The notes beneath the pieces are model-generated. The model was not told the DNA's origin. It did not search any database and saw only the letters and a list, made by a program, of their open reading frames with translations. The translations under genes were made by a program, and so were the position numbers. Of a stretch of DNA of 64,000 nucleotides, positions 1 to 12,169 are shown in pieces. Position 1 is the stretch's first letter, and every line of letters begins with the position of its first letter. Source of the DNA: Octopus sinensis (taxonomy: Eukaryota); contig NC_043005.1 in NCBI RefSeq assembly GCF_006345805.1, positions 67,828,001 through 67,892,000 on the forward strand, given 5' to 3'.

Positions 1-89
1 GGAATTTCATGTAGTCTTCATCGTGGTCACTGTCTTATTGAGGACTTATACGGTCTTTACCGTTGTTTTCTACTTCAGTTCGAACTACC

Positions 90-1300
90 TAAGTTAATTA
101 GAGGAAAAAATCTCATGAAAAGCCCAGATTACTCTGCCCTGTCCAAAACATCAAAACTGGCCTTGTCCAGTTTCATTCTTCCGATTTTCAAAAGCATGAT
201 CAGGGCAAGCCATTCAGTTTTGCCAGTGTTATCACATTTTGTTAAACACACCAGAAGGCAGCACCATCCGCTCTATTCACACCCTTCTTTTCTAGAAGTA
301 CTTGAAGAGGTTGATTAGAACATGACCAGACAGAAAAAAGCTTGTCTTCGAACCTTTCAGACTCCACCACAGGACCTCTTTCTCCACAGCTGCCTGACTA
401 CGAAAGACTAGCCACTCTCCCCTACCAAAGTAAAGTGGTGCGTCGATTTCTGCTTTAGACTTAACTGATAAACGGAATCGGCTGTTGGTATTTTCATGTC
501 TTTTGAGGAGGTCTCAAATAAGTAATGCACCCTTGTAGAACCTCTTCTAGCGCTAATGGGGATTTGATCCAATTCTGGAACTGGGAGCCATAGTGGGCTG
601 AGAACTGGGGTTTGCTGTTACTGTTACAGAGCATCTGTTGCTCACCGTCATATTTCTTTATTTGTATCTTTCCCGGTTCTTCAGGATAAAAAAAACTCCA
701 AAGTGTTACTTGTTTTTGCAAGAGCTGCATTTTGACATTGTTCCCTGCAAAATGAGTCTCAAGCATTTCGCTTAGCATTTACGAAGAGGAGCATCTCCGG
801 TATGACTCTTTGGTTTTAAAGGATTCATAAGAAATCTTGACTCTTCTTAATCACTTATTGCCCCACGACAGTCCTTCACTAACTACTTGACTACATTGTA
901 ACAGAGTGGTGACAGCGAGCAAGGGTCAGCCTTCACGTTTACCGTTATATTTCTCTCCCTTAATACCGGGCTACAGACGAATAGCTCAGCGTGTGCCTTT
1001 GGGAAACATTCTCTGCTCTTTTTGGGGACTCGAAAATGTTCTTGTGAGAGTATCTGAAATCTCCTTTTTTCTTTTTTTTTCCAGTAAGTAGATAAAAACA
1101 ATTCTTTCTTTGCTCGTCTCATTCCTGTATAAAGACGTCGGTCAGGAAGATGCCGATTTTCGTAACATGTCTTCTTTTCTTTGATTCTTGGTCCGGGAAA
1201 TGATTCATATTCAAATATTCCATGTCGTTTGTTAACTAGCAAACGTGAAACTGGTTTGTGAAGTAAAGCAAATGTTTTGCTCAACAAATGGTGTATGTAT
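90..1300 (-). mobile_element. Heavily decayed Tx1/L1-like LINE ORF2 C-terminal fragment
   Basis: My minus-strand translation gives RFRLSVKSKAEIDAPLYFGRGEWLVFRSQAAVEKEVLWWSLKGSKTSFFLSGHVLINLFKYF, which aligns with the LINE C-terminus at 49062-49410 (…AKECVRWTRLKGLETNTFLSGQPLINFFKYH). Many stops and frameshifts; left of ~480 is better supported than the right half. Confidence 0.6.
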
Positions 1301-1609
1301 GTGTCACTGTTGTTGTTGTTGTTGTTGCCTTCTTCTTCTTCCAATCTGGACTCATGCCATTAGCCACAAAGAATAATCTCCAATTCGAGCCTATTCTAAC
1401 CTACTAAGAATGCGTGTGGCAACTTGAATATCCGCCCACCACGAGCGATAGACTGGCGTTTGCACGGGCGCGAAAGCTACGTTGTTATCCTCATTCTGTA
1501 AACAGTGGCGTTTAACGGATGGAGAGCTGAACCATCCTGGGGTACAGAGGATTCGCAATCTAGACTAGGTTCTGATAGTTTACCACACCATAGTGGGTTA
1601 CACCATGGT

Positions 1610-1817
1610 TCCTCTGCTTTGTGGCAGAAGTAGGAAGAAAGAGTGAGAGAAAGTTGTGGTGAAAGACTACAGCGGGGTTCAACCCCACCCCCGCCGGAGT
1701 CTCGTAGAGCTTAGGTGATTTTGCTCAATAAACACTCAGAATGATCGGTCTGGGAATCGAAACCGCGCTCTTACAACCGCGAGTCCGCTGCCTTAACCAC
1801 TGGGCCATTGCGCCTCC
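1610..1817 (-). mobile_element. tRNA-derived SINE, family C
   Basis: Reverse complement begins GGAGGCGCAATGGCCCAGTGGTTAAGGCAGCGGACTCGCGG…GTTTCGATTCC (A and B boxes); matches the copy at 22809. Confidence 0.85.
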
Positions 1818-1885
1818 CCTTGTTGTTACTGTCGTCGTTGTCGTCGTCATTTTGCTACTGCTGTTGCTGTTGTTGTTGTTGTTGT

Positions 1886-1926
<41 letters not shown>

Positions 1927-2264
1927 GTTGTTGTTGTTGTTGTTGTTGATAACTTTTCCACTTGAGATGTTCAAACTGACATTTTTGACTTTTTTAAAAT
2001 ACTATTTTAGTTCCTTTTTTTGTTCATGTTAAACTTTGATATCTTGCCGTGCAATTTAAATTACTATTCTGTTTGTGAACTGTGTTATTTTGTGCACTGT
2101 CAATTTTCATTTTAGTGCAACGTGGCTCGGAATTATCGCAACCATGTTCCTGTGGATGAACGACATGAAGAAGACATTTAATTTATCTAAAGTAGAAACA
2201 TGAATAATTGTTTCGGATTAAAGTAATTTTGAGACGTGATAATTAGTTGATACCAGAAATCCAG

Positions 2265-2410
2265 GTACTTGACTGGTATTTATTTCATCAACCACGGAGG
2301 GATGGAAAAACAAATTTGACCTTGGTAGGGTTTGAACTCAGGAAGTAAAGAATGGGAACAAATACCGTAAAGCATTATTTGGGGCCGACCCTCTATCGAT
2401 TCTGCCAATA
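2265..2410 (-). mobile_element. Degenerate SINE, family A
   Basis: Diverged match to family A (GGCAGAATCG…CTGAGTTCAAA…CAAGGTC…AAGTACC). Confidence 0.6.
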
Positions 2411-2579
2411 AAAGTCGAGCTTAATATTAATAGTTCAACGAGGAATTATTTCAGATCTAATGTTCTGCATAACTCTCTCGGGGTTCATTGAATGGAATGT
2501 TTTGAACTAAAAGATGTGCGTGTATGTATAAAAATAATAAATAAATAAATAAATATACACAAAAATAGACAGACAGACG

Positions 2580-2580
<1 letters not shown>

Positions 2581-2647
<67 letters not shown>
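2581..2647 (+). repeat. (GATA)n microsatellite, left flank of LINE fragment
   Basis: Perfect GATA run directly abutting the LINE 3' end. Confidence 0.98.
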
Positions 2648-3111
<464 letters not shown>

Positions 3112-3139
3112 TTAGATATTTAATATGTATTAAACTTAC

Positions 3140-3303
3140 TTTGATATCCTCCATCATGGAATTAGTAAGCAGATCCTGGCAGACCATCTCTTTGCATAAA
3201 TCGTTTGTCCATATTATATTTTGAGCCAAGAATCCTATGTACTTTCTTAAGATGTCTTTCTGTGAATTATTCATTGTCGCTTTTACTATGCTGAATCGAT
3301 GTT
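3140..3303 (-). CDS. Exon encoding the N-terminal half of a CARD domain (caspase-2/RAIDD-like death-fold protein); ATG at 3274
   Basis: Acceptor TGTTTTGTAG|AAC at 3303 and donor AAA|GTAAGT at 3140. Peptide MNNSQKDILRKYIGFLAQNIIWTNDLCKEMVCQDLLTNSMMEDIK fits CARD helices 1-3 (M..+DILR…L…L….+LT..M.EDI). The rest of the gene was not found and is presumably left of the window. Confidence 0.75.
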
Positions 3304-3709
3304 CTACAAAACACAGGCAATGGTGTATATGTATTTCAGTTACGTCTTGATATGTGTCAGTACATGAAATTACAGGCAAATATTAATGCGTCTGTTCGAC
3401 GCTATCGATGTACGTACACGTACGTGAGGCATATGTATATCTATATGCGTATATGTGTGCACGGTGTGAACATATATGTCTATGTGTGTATATTCGTGTC
3501 TACGATCGTGCCTATTTGAATATGAATAAATTATTAACGCAGAAGTTAACTGATAAATAAAACAGTGAAGCAGTTGGTTGAGGCGTAGGAAGCAATATTC
3601 CGGTAATTGTGACGGTAGAAATTACGCTTATTAAAAATTAAATCGACGCAAATGTCAGTCTTCTGATCAATCAAACGATCAATCGGTAGTTTAGATAATT
3701 TGATTGATT

Positions 3710-3819
<110 letters not shown>

Positions 3820-4164
3820 CAGACAGAGCGTGTGTGTGTATTCAGAAAAATTATATTACATACATATATATAGTATTACATATATAAATATATATATATT
3901 ATATATATATATATGTATGATGTATGTATGTATGTGTATGTATGTATGTATGTATGTATGTATGTATGTATGTGTATATATGTATATATATATATATATA
4001 TATTATTATATATATATAGAGAGAGGAGAGAGAGAGAGAGAGAGAGAGGGATGGAGATATATTATAAAGATATATATATGTGTATATATGTAAATATATA
4101 TATGTAAATATATATATGTAGATATATATATATATAATATATATATATTATATATACACGTATG

Positions 4165-4592
4165 TATGTAGGAGTAGATGTACGGAAAGAAATTTGTTTT
4201 CCAACCACATGGCTCCGGGCGCCTTCGGCAAGTGTCTTCTTCTATAAACTCGGGCCGACCAAAACCTTGTCAAAGGTTTTGAAAAAATCCCGTCATATAT
4301 GTGTGTATATGTGTGTGTGCGTACGCACAAGTGTGTGTGTATGCGCGTGTGTACGTGCATGCGTGTGTGTGTGTTTTTGTGCGAGCGAGCGCGTGCGTGT
4401 TTTTCTATCTCTGTTTGTTCCACTACACCGCTTCACAACCGGTGTTGGTGTGCTTATGTCCCAATAACATAGCAATTCGGCATAAAAAACTGATAGAATA
4501 ATTAAGAATAATTAGTACAGGGGTCGATTCATGACCTCAGTACTTATCTTACGGGCCGCGATCTAATGACTGAAACAAGTAACTGATAAAAG
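4165..4592 (+). mobile_element. SINE family B (tRNA-like head, internal (TA)n(TG)n, tail GACTGAAACAAGTAAAAG)
   Basis: Diverged match to the full copies at 14031 and 53254. Confidence 0.8.
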
Positions 4593-4604
4593 ATATATAT
4601 TTAT

Positions 4605-4761
4605 ATTTAAAATAATAAGGGTGAAAAATTGAATATTAATTTGATTAATATCAATTTAAAACCAGTGGTCTAGCATATAGAAAAATCTGAAGATTCAGAA
4701 AAATTATATTACATACACATATATATATATCTTTCTCTCTTTTATATATGTTTTATTTTGA

Positions 4762-4804
<43 letters not shown>

Positions 4805-4995
4805 TTACATATATAAATACTATTACATATTACTATATATGTAGTATATATAAGTATATATATGTAATATTATAATTACATATATGTAATACTATTACTG
4901 AGCCTCAGTTTTTTTTATACGCTTGACCAATGGTGTTAAAATTGATGTTATCAAATTAATATCCAATTTTTAACCCTCATTTTAATTTTAATTTT
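4605..4995. mobile_element. Foldback/MITE-like element with ~85-bp imperfect inverted arms around a (TA)n core
   Basis: 4605-4695 AAGGGTGAAAAATTGAATATTAATTTG…CCAGTGGTCTAGCATATAG is the approximate reverse complement of 4900-4990; a solo arm occurs at ~45935-46040. Confidence 0.7.
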
Positions 4996-5369
4996 ATATA
5001 TAATTATATATATTATATATAATATATATATTATATATATATATATATAAGGTTAATCCAAACGGGGAAAACAGAAAAAAACAACAACACGTGGAACAAT
5101 TACAGTATTATTATTATTAGGCGCTCAGGAAAATGGAAGGAGGGTATGACGTTTCGAGCGGAGCTCTTCGTCGGAAACATACGAGAAGGAAGAAAGAAGA
5201 AAGAAAGATCCCGATGTGGGCGAAAGAGGGAAAAAAAAAAAAAAAAACGCGACTGGTGTTTACGAAGTACACATGCTGAAGGCCGGAAGTTTTGGATAAC
5301 AAGGGCAAAGTAGGTTTTTAAAGCCAAAAGAGTGGAGACTGGAAGGTTGGTAACAAAAATGATGTGTCT

Positions 5370-8040
5370 GCATGTGTGAGTGTGAGTGTGTGCGTGTGCG
5401 TGTGTGTATGTGTGTGTGAGGCGAGATAAAAAAGCAAAAAATATATGTATATGTTAGTGCGTGCGTCTGTATGTAAGTGTGTGTGGTAGGGCGAACAGTG
5501 GTTGACATAGCAAGTCTCAAGTGAGTGGTCAGTGGTAAAAAAAAAGGGAGGAAGGAGGGAAGAAGGGAAGGAGGGAAAGGGTGAGGGCGTATGTAACGTG
5601 CCAGTGTGTGTGTTGAGTGGTAGTGTGTGTGTGTCCAGTGTGCGTAGTTGTATGTATGGCAAGTAAATTTGACGTGTGTGTAAGTGTAATGTATATGTAT
5701 ATGCAAATGTGTGTGTGAGTGGGTGTGTGTATGTGTGTGCGTGTGTGTATGCAAATGTGTGTGTGTGAGCGGGTGTGTGTATGTGTGTGCGTGTGTGTAC
5801 AAAAAGGGGGGGTATTAAGGAAAAACAACTGCAGCTGAGGGAAAGATGGAAGAGTGGTCCCGCGGCGACAGGCGTGGGAGAACCCAAAGACACGCGCCCG
5901 CCCCAGATACGAACAGGAGATCTAGTCGGTGCCCACGAGCGAGGTGCATGCATGTGTGTATGCGTGCGCGAACGCGCACAAGCGTGTATGTGCGCGCGCC
6001 TGCGAGTGTGTGTGTAAGTATGTGTGTGTGTGGATGTGTGAGTGTGTCTGTGTGTATGTCTGGGTGTCAGTGTGTCCGATGAATGTATGTAAGTATGTGT
6101 GTGTATATGTGTGTGTATAGATGTATGTCCGTGTGTGTGTGTGTGTGTGTATGAGTGTGTATGTATGTGCGTGTGTGTGTGTGGAAGTGTGTGTATGTGC
6201 ATGTATGTGCGCGTACATGCAGGTGTGTGAGTGAGTGTGTGTGTGTGTATTTATGTGTGAGTGTGTATGTCTGTGTGTGTAGGATGCATGTATGTGTATG
6301 GGTGTATGTATGTGTGTGTATGTATGTATGTATGTGTACGTGCGTGTGTGTGTGTGTGTGTATGCATGTGTGCATGTATGCGTACTGCGCGTGCGCATGC
6401 ATGCATGTGTGTGTGTGTGTGTGCATGTGTGTAGGTATATATGTATGTGCGTATATGTGTGTGTATGTGCGTACATGTGTCTGTGTGTATGCATGTGTGT
6501 GTATGTAGGTGTGTAGGCGTGTGTGTATAGGTGTATGTATGTATGTATGTAAGGGTGTGTCCGTGTATGTTTGTGTGTATGTGTATGCATGTGTTTGCAG
6601 GTGTGTGTGTTCGTATGTAATATACGTATGTATGCGTGTGTGTGCGTGTGTATGCGTGTGTGTGTGTATGTAGGTGCGTATGTATGTGTGTGGGAGTGTA
6701 GGTGTGTGTGTGCGTGTATGTGTGCGTGTATATGTTGGTGTGTGTGTATGTGAGTGTGATTGTATGGGTGTTTGTCATGCATGTGTGTGTGCGTTCAGGC
6801 GAGTGTGTGTGTAAGTATGTGTGTATGTATGGTGAGGGTGTATGTGTGTATGGTCTGTGATGTATGTGCGTTATAGGAGTATGTAAGTATGTGTATGTGG
6901 TGTGGGTGTATGTAGTATGTATGTGTGTGTGCATGTGTGTAAGTATATGGGGTTGCGTATGATGTGTATGTGTATGTGTGTGTGTTTATGTATGTGTGTA
7001 TGTAGTGTGTAGGCGTGTGTGTGTGGTATAGGCGTATTATATGGGTGTGTGTCTGTGTGTGTTTGCGTGTGTGTGTAGGTATGTGTGTATGTATGAGTAA
7101 AGGTATGGCTGTGTCGGTGTGTGTGTGTATGAATGTAAGTGTGTGTGTGTACAAGTGTAATGTATGTATGTAGGTGTGTGTGTGTGTGTGTGCGTGTGCG
7201 TGTGTATGTGTGGTGTGTGTATGCGTGTGAGTGTGAGTGTATGGGTGTATGTCTGTGTGTGGTATGTCTGAAGTAGGTATGTGTGTGTATGTATGTTGTG
7301 TGTGTGTGTGCGGGTATGTGTGTGTGTATGTGTGTGTGTATGTGTGTGTGTGTATGTGGTGTGTGAGTAGGTGTGCGTGTATGTATGTGTGGTAGGGATG
7401 CATGCGTGTGTGTGGGTATGTATGTATACATACGCACGCACACACCCGAAGCACGCCCACCACCCGAAGCACGCTCACACACACAACACACAAAACAATA
7501 CACGCAAGCCCATGGGGCCGACCAGCCCCCAGCACGCGCCAAGGCGTACGCGCGCGGGGGCCCCGAACAACCCGCTCCACGGGAACCGAGGATCCATCAA
7601 CCAAAACCAGAAAGGGGGGCTGCCTGGGTGCAAATAGGTGTATGGTGTGTGCATTCGTGTAAATGTGTGCATATGGGGTATTATGTATGTATGTATGTGT
7701 GTGTGCGTACATGTATGTGTGCATGTGTGTGTGTGTTGTATGTATAGGTGTGTGAAGTATGTATGTGCGATGTGTGTGTGTGTGTGTTGTAGTGCGTATG
7801 TATGTGTGTATGTATGTGTGTATGTCTGTGTGTGTGTGTGTGTAAGTATGATGTGTGTTGGTATGGTAGGTATGTGGGTATGTATGTGCATGTTGGTTTG
7901 TATGTTAGTGTGTGCTTGTATGTCTATAAGTATGTGTGATTAAATGTGTGAATGTATGTACGTAGATGTGTATCCGTATGTGTGTGTGTGAACAGGCGTG
8001 TGGGATGTAGGTAGGTGTGTGTGTGTGGGGGGGGTGTTTA
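5370..8040 (+). repeat. Long degenerate (TG)/(TATG)-rich compound microsatellite with GC-rich islands
   Basis: Source of the His/Thr and Cys/Val pseudo-ORFs in the track. Confidence 0.95.
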
Positions 8041-8054
8041 TCCGGAAAAAAAAC

Positions 8055-8460
8055 CTAGGAGGAGGGGGGCTGTGTAAGTCCGTGTGGGGTAGTGGTTTGT
8101 AGGGTGAAGATGTAGCGTTGCTCCAAGTGGAGCCTAGAAAGTGGACGACCATTGTGGGGGGCGAGACACACCACTGAGATGTCATCTAGGGAATGGCTGG
8201 CCGAGCGGAAGTGGCGTGCGTCGGGAGAGAAAGAGAAAAAGTGTAGGCGAACGTCCCTCAAATGTTCTGTAAATCGGTCGAACAACCGGCGTCCCGTCTG
8301 TCCCACATACAGCATCCCGCATAGGTTGCATTTAATGCAGTAAATGAGGCCAGACGAGGTGCACATAAAAGAGTGCCTAATACGTACAGTTCGCCGGTTG
8401 GAGCCGGTGACAGCAGTGGTGTTGGTGATGAAGGGGCAAGTGTTGCAGCGGGATCTAGAG
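8055..8460 (-). pseudogene. GIY-YIG endonuclease domain of the Penelope-like element
   Basis: ORF 8055..8366 has the LIYCI.C..C..LYVGQTGRRL.DRF.EH signature; the Cys linker lies upstream in frame. Confidence 0.92.
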
Positions 8461-9762
8461 CAAGGGAATGATCCGTGTGGGGCTGAGGGGGAAGGAGAGA
8501 GGGTGCTGTGGACCAGGAGGTCACGTAGATTCCGGGCTCGTTTGAAGGAGGACAGGGGTGGGTTAGGGAAAATGGGGCGGGTTGTGGGATCAAGCTGGAG
8601 GCGACGGAAGGCACGTAGTATCTTGCGACGAAGGGGTAGGGTAGAGGGGTGGAAAAGGAGGGGGAAGGGGTGCGGTGGGGGGTGGGGGGGGTTTAAGGAG
8701 ACAGGGCGGTGGTGCGGTCGATGCGACGGGCGCGGGTGAGGGCATTAGAGATGAGTATGGGTGGGTAACCTCGGAGTCTGAACAGGCGGGCCAGGTATGA
8801 GATTGGGTCTCGAAATCCTGGTCGCGGCTGCACAAACGTCGGAGGCGGAGGAACTGGGAGTAGGGGATGGCTCGTTTGGTGTGGAAGGGTGGGAGGAGGA
8901 GAAGTTGAGATAGAGGTGGGAGTCCGTGGAGTCCGTTATGGTTTAAAGAGGCGGTGGTGGTGGTGAGAGAGTTGGAGGGGTGGTCGATTCGGAGAGAGAT
9001 GTCAAGGAAGTTGACAGAGGTGTTGGAGATGGTGGAGGTGAATTGAAGATAGGGGTGATGAAAGTTGGAAAGGAAAGAGATGAATTGCAGAGAAGTTCAC
9101 GGGAAAGGGAGGTGGCACCTATGCAGTCGTCTATATAGCGACCGTATAGTTCGGGGGTCGGCCAGAGAACGGGGAGAATACTTGGGCCTCAATGTAGCCA
9201 AGAAAGAGATTGGCGAAATTGGGGCCCATCCTGGTTCCATCGCGACCCCGGACACCTGTTGGTACGTTTCCCGGCGAACGTGAAGCAGTTGAGGGTGAGG
9301 ACGAGCTCAGCCAAGCGGAGAAGGGTGGGGGTGCTAGGGGTGGGGTCGGGACGACGGTCGAGGAAGTGTTGGGGGCTAGGAGACCGTCATTGTGGGGAAT
9401 CACTGTGTACAGGGATTTTACATCTAATGTGAAGAGGAGGAGTGAGGGGCTGGAGGGAAGGAAAAGGAATGAAGAGACGGAGGGCGTGGTTGTGTCGTGT
9501 ATGTGGGGATGGGAGGGCTGCGACTAAGGGGGACAGGATGCGGTCGAGGTATAGGGAAAATATATTCAGTGGGGCAATTACAGGCAGAGACTATGGGACG
9601 GCCAGGGATTAGAGGGTTTATGGATCTTGGGAGGAAGTAGATGGAGGAGGTGCGGGTGTGCGGACGATGAGGTTGGTGGCGGTGGGGGGGAGAGCAGAGG
9701 AGGAGATGAGGTGCGGATGGTGGAGGACACTCGCTGTTGGTAGGAGGAGGTGGGATCGGAGG

Positions 9763-9797
<35 letters not shown>

Positions 9798-10568
9798 AGT
9801 ACATATTTCTTTTCTTTAAACTTGGTACGAGTCTATAACACTGTCTCTCTCCCCCCCCTCTCCTACATTTCTCTGCCTTTCACACTTTGCACTCCACTTT
9901 GATCTGTCTCTTTCTCTCTCTCTATCTCTCTCTCTCTCTCTCTCTTCTCCTCCTCCTTTGTTCCTTGTTCCCCTTTTTTCTCTCTTCATCTGTCCCTCTT
10001 CTCCTCACACGTGACTAACTGACGGACTCTGTCCTTTCGTGGTCAGCAGCCGTCGAGGCTAGACACATTTTTTCTCTCTTTGCCCCAAGGCATTTTTTAA
10101 ATGCGCCAGCTCAAAGTTCACCCGTCCTGTCGAAAAGACGCCTGTCTGTGATGTCCTGTTTTTGTTATTATATTCATTATTGTTTTTACGTATTTTCGTA
10201 TTCTTATTCGTGTTATCATTATTGTTTTTACTTATTTTTGTATTCTTATTCGTTCCTGTCCTTGTTTTGTATACATTTGAGGCTTTCTTCCAAGGAATCT
10301 AATGCGCTTGGCTTAGATTTTCCTTTAGGGCTGGCCAGGTCGGAGCAATCTCAAGATTAATCAGCCGAAATTTGCGAGGATGATCCGGTTCTTGACTGAA
10401 GATTGAAGGCTTTGAATGTCCCGTCCGTGTTTTTTGTATCGTCCTCTAAATGTTTTGCGTTCTTGTCCCAGTTTGTATTTTTTTACATATATATATACAT
10501 ACAGAAGTACGTCGGTTTTTGAACAACTGTGATCACGAATAAATCATGCTTTATATATATCTATATCA

Positions 10569-10676
<108 letters not shown>

Positions 10677-11059
10677 GCTTCATTTATCTGTAATCAGAGT
10701 TGTTCGAAAACCGAGGTACTACTGTATATGTATGTATGTATATATATACATACATACATATGTGTGCGTGTATAACTTATTAGTTATATATAACTTCCTT
10801 TTATATCTGTCTTAATCATTTGGCTGTGGTCATGCAGGGGCACAACCTTGAGGAGTTTAGTCAAACTAATCAAATACGCCCCTTTTTAAAGCCTGGTACT
10901 TATGCTATCGGTTCTCTTTTGCCGAAAAGCTATGTTACAGAAGCGTAAATATGGCCACACTAGTCAAGTCGTAATGCGGGAGCAAACCCAAACATGCACA
11001 ATCATGCATACGCACACATACACACATAAACATTCATACGCCATGATAGATCGTTAGCT

Positions 11060-11238
11060 CCTACACGCATTTTTTCTCTCCTTGTTTCTCTCCTCGTTTT
11101 TTTCTGTGTACCTTTCTGTCGAAGAGCGTAGGCTCGAAACGTAAAAGATTTTTTCTATTCCTGAGCGCTATACTAATACATTTGTTTGTTTGTACTCCAC
11201 CTGCCTTCATCTTTTGTATATTTTCGTAAACTTTCCCT
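11060..11238 (+). mobile_element. Penelope-like terminal fragment with hammerhead-like core
   Basis: CTGTCGAAGAGCGTAGGCTCGAAACGTA followed by TTCCTGAGCGC…TAATA, also seen in the 5050-5330 terminus; ends in (TA)n. Confidence 0.6.
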
Positions 11239-11264
11239 ATATATATATAATATATATATATGTA

Positions 11265-11415
11265 CGACAGGCTTCTTTCGGTTTCCATCAACCAGGTCTA
11301 CTGACAGCGCTTTCGTTGGCATGGGTTATAGAGAACAGTTGCCCAAGGTGCCACTCAGTTGGAGTGAATCCGGACCCATGTGGTTGGGAAACAACCTTTT
11401 TATCAGGCAGCGCCG
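11265..11415 (-). mobile_element. SINE family B, head fragment
   Basis: Reverse complement contains CCCAACCACATGGGTCCGGATTCACTCC…CACCTTGGGCAACTG. Confidence 0.7.
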
Positions 11416-11496
11416 ATATACATATATATGATACATATATAAATACATATAGATAAATATGTATTTATATATGGTATATATATGTGTATGTGTGTG

Positions 11497-11539
<43 letters not shown>

Positions 11540-11566
11540 ATATATATATATATACATACACACTTT

Positions 11567-11768
11567 GTTCTTTTACTCGTTGCAGTCATTTGACTGCTGC
11601 CATTCTGGAGCACCGCCTTTCGTCAAACAAATCGACACCAGGACTTATTCGTTGTTGTAAGCCTGGTATTTATTCTATCGTACTCTGTTGCCGAACCGCT
11701 AAGTTACGGGAACATAAACACACCAGCATCGGTTGTCAAGCGATGTGGTGGGGGACAAACACAAACAC

Positions 11769-11839
<71 letters not shown>

Positions 11840-11986
11840 GAGGGTCTTCTTTCAGGTTCCGTCTACCAGAACCACTAACAAGGTTTTGGTCGGCCGAAGG
11901 CTATAATAGAAGGTACTTACCCAAGATGCAATGCTATAGGACTGAACCCACACCATGTGGTTGTGAAGCAACCTGCTTACCACACA

Positions 11987-11990
<4 letters not shown>
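11567..11990 (-). mobile_element. SINE family B
   Basis: Head, internal (TA)n and tail all present. Confidence 0.85.
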
Positions 11991-12047
<57 letters not shown>

Positions 12048-12169
12048 GCACGCACACAGACACATACATACATGCATAAATGCATACATAAAACGTGTCC
12101 GTACATATATATATATATATATAGTCTTTAATTACAGATCTGTATGTCTTTGAATACATGTGTTTGATG

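Larger units (their letters stand above)
5050..9765 (-). mobile_element. Penelope-like element (Neptune-like), 5'-truncated and frameshifted: RT (~9760-8850), Cys linker and GIY-YIG endonuclease (8460-8055), CA-rich 3' region, hammerhead-like terminus (5050-5330)
   Basis: RT motifs PKIHK…PGRPIVSACNCPTE, TLDVKSLYTVIPH and GTRMGPNFANLFLGYIE; linker RCNTCPFI; endonuclease CTSSGLIYCIKCNLCGMLYVGQTGRRLFDRFTEH…EQRYIF. (TA)n on both sides. Joining 5050-5330 to the coding part is an inference. Confidence 0.85.

Noticed and set aside
883-1344. 153-aa ORF as a host gene
   Set aside because: It starts in a trinucleotide repeat and lies in a decayed LINE region; no host-protein motif recognised.
2035-2150. 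Possible next exon of the CARD gene (CACAG|EHGCDNSEPRCTKMKIDSAQ…)
   Set aside because: It does not encode the expected second half of the CARD, and its donor sites are weak.
5260-7943. Long His/Thr-rich and Cys/Val-rich ORFs (up to 309 aa), also at 46433-47586 and elsewhere
   Set aside because: They are translations of (CA)/(TG)/(TA) microsatellites, open in several frames on both strands.
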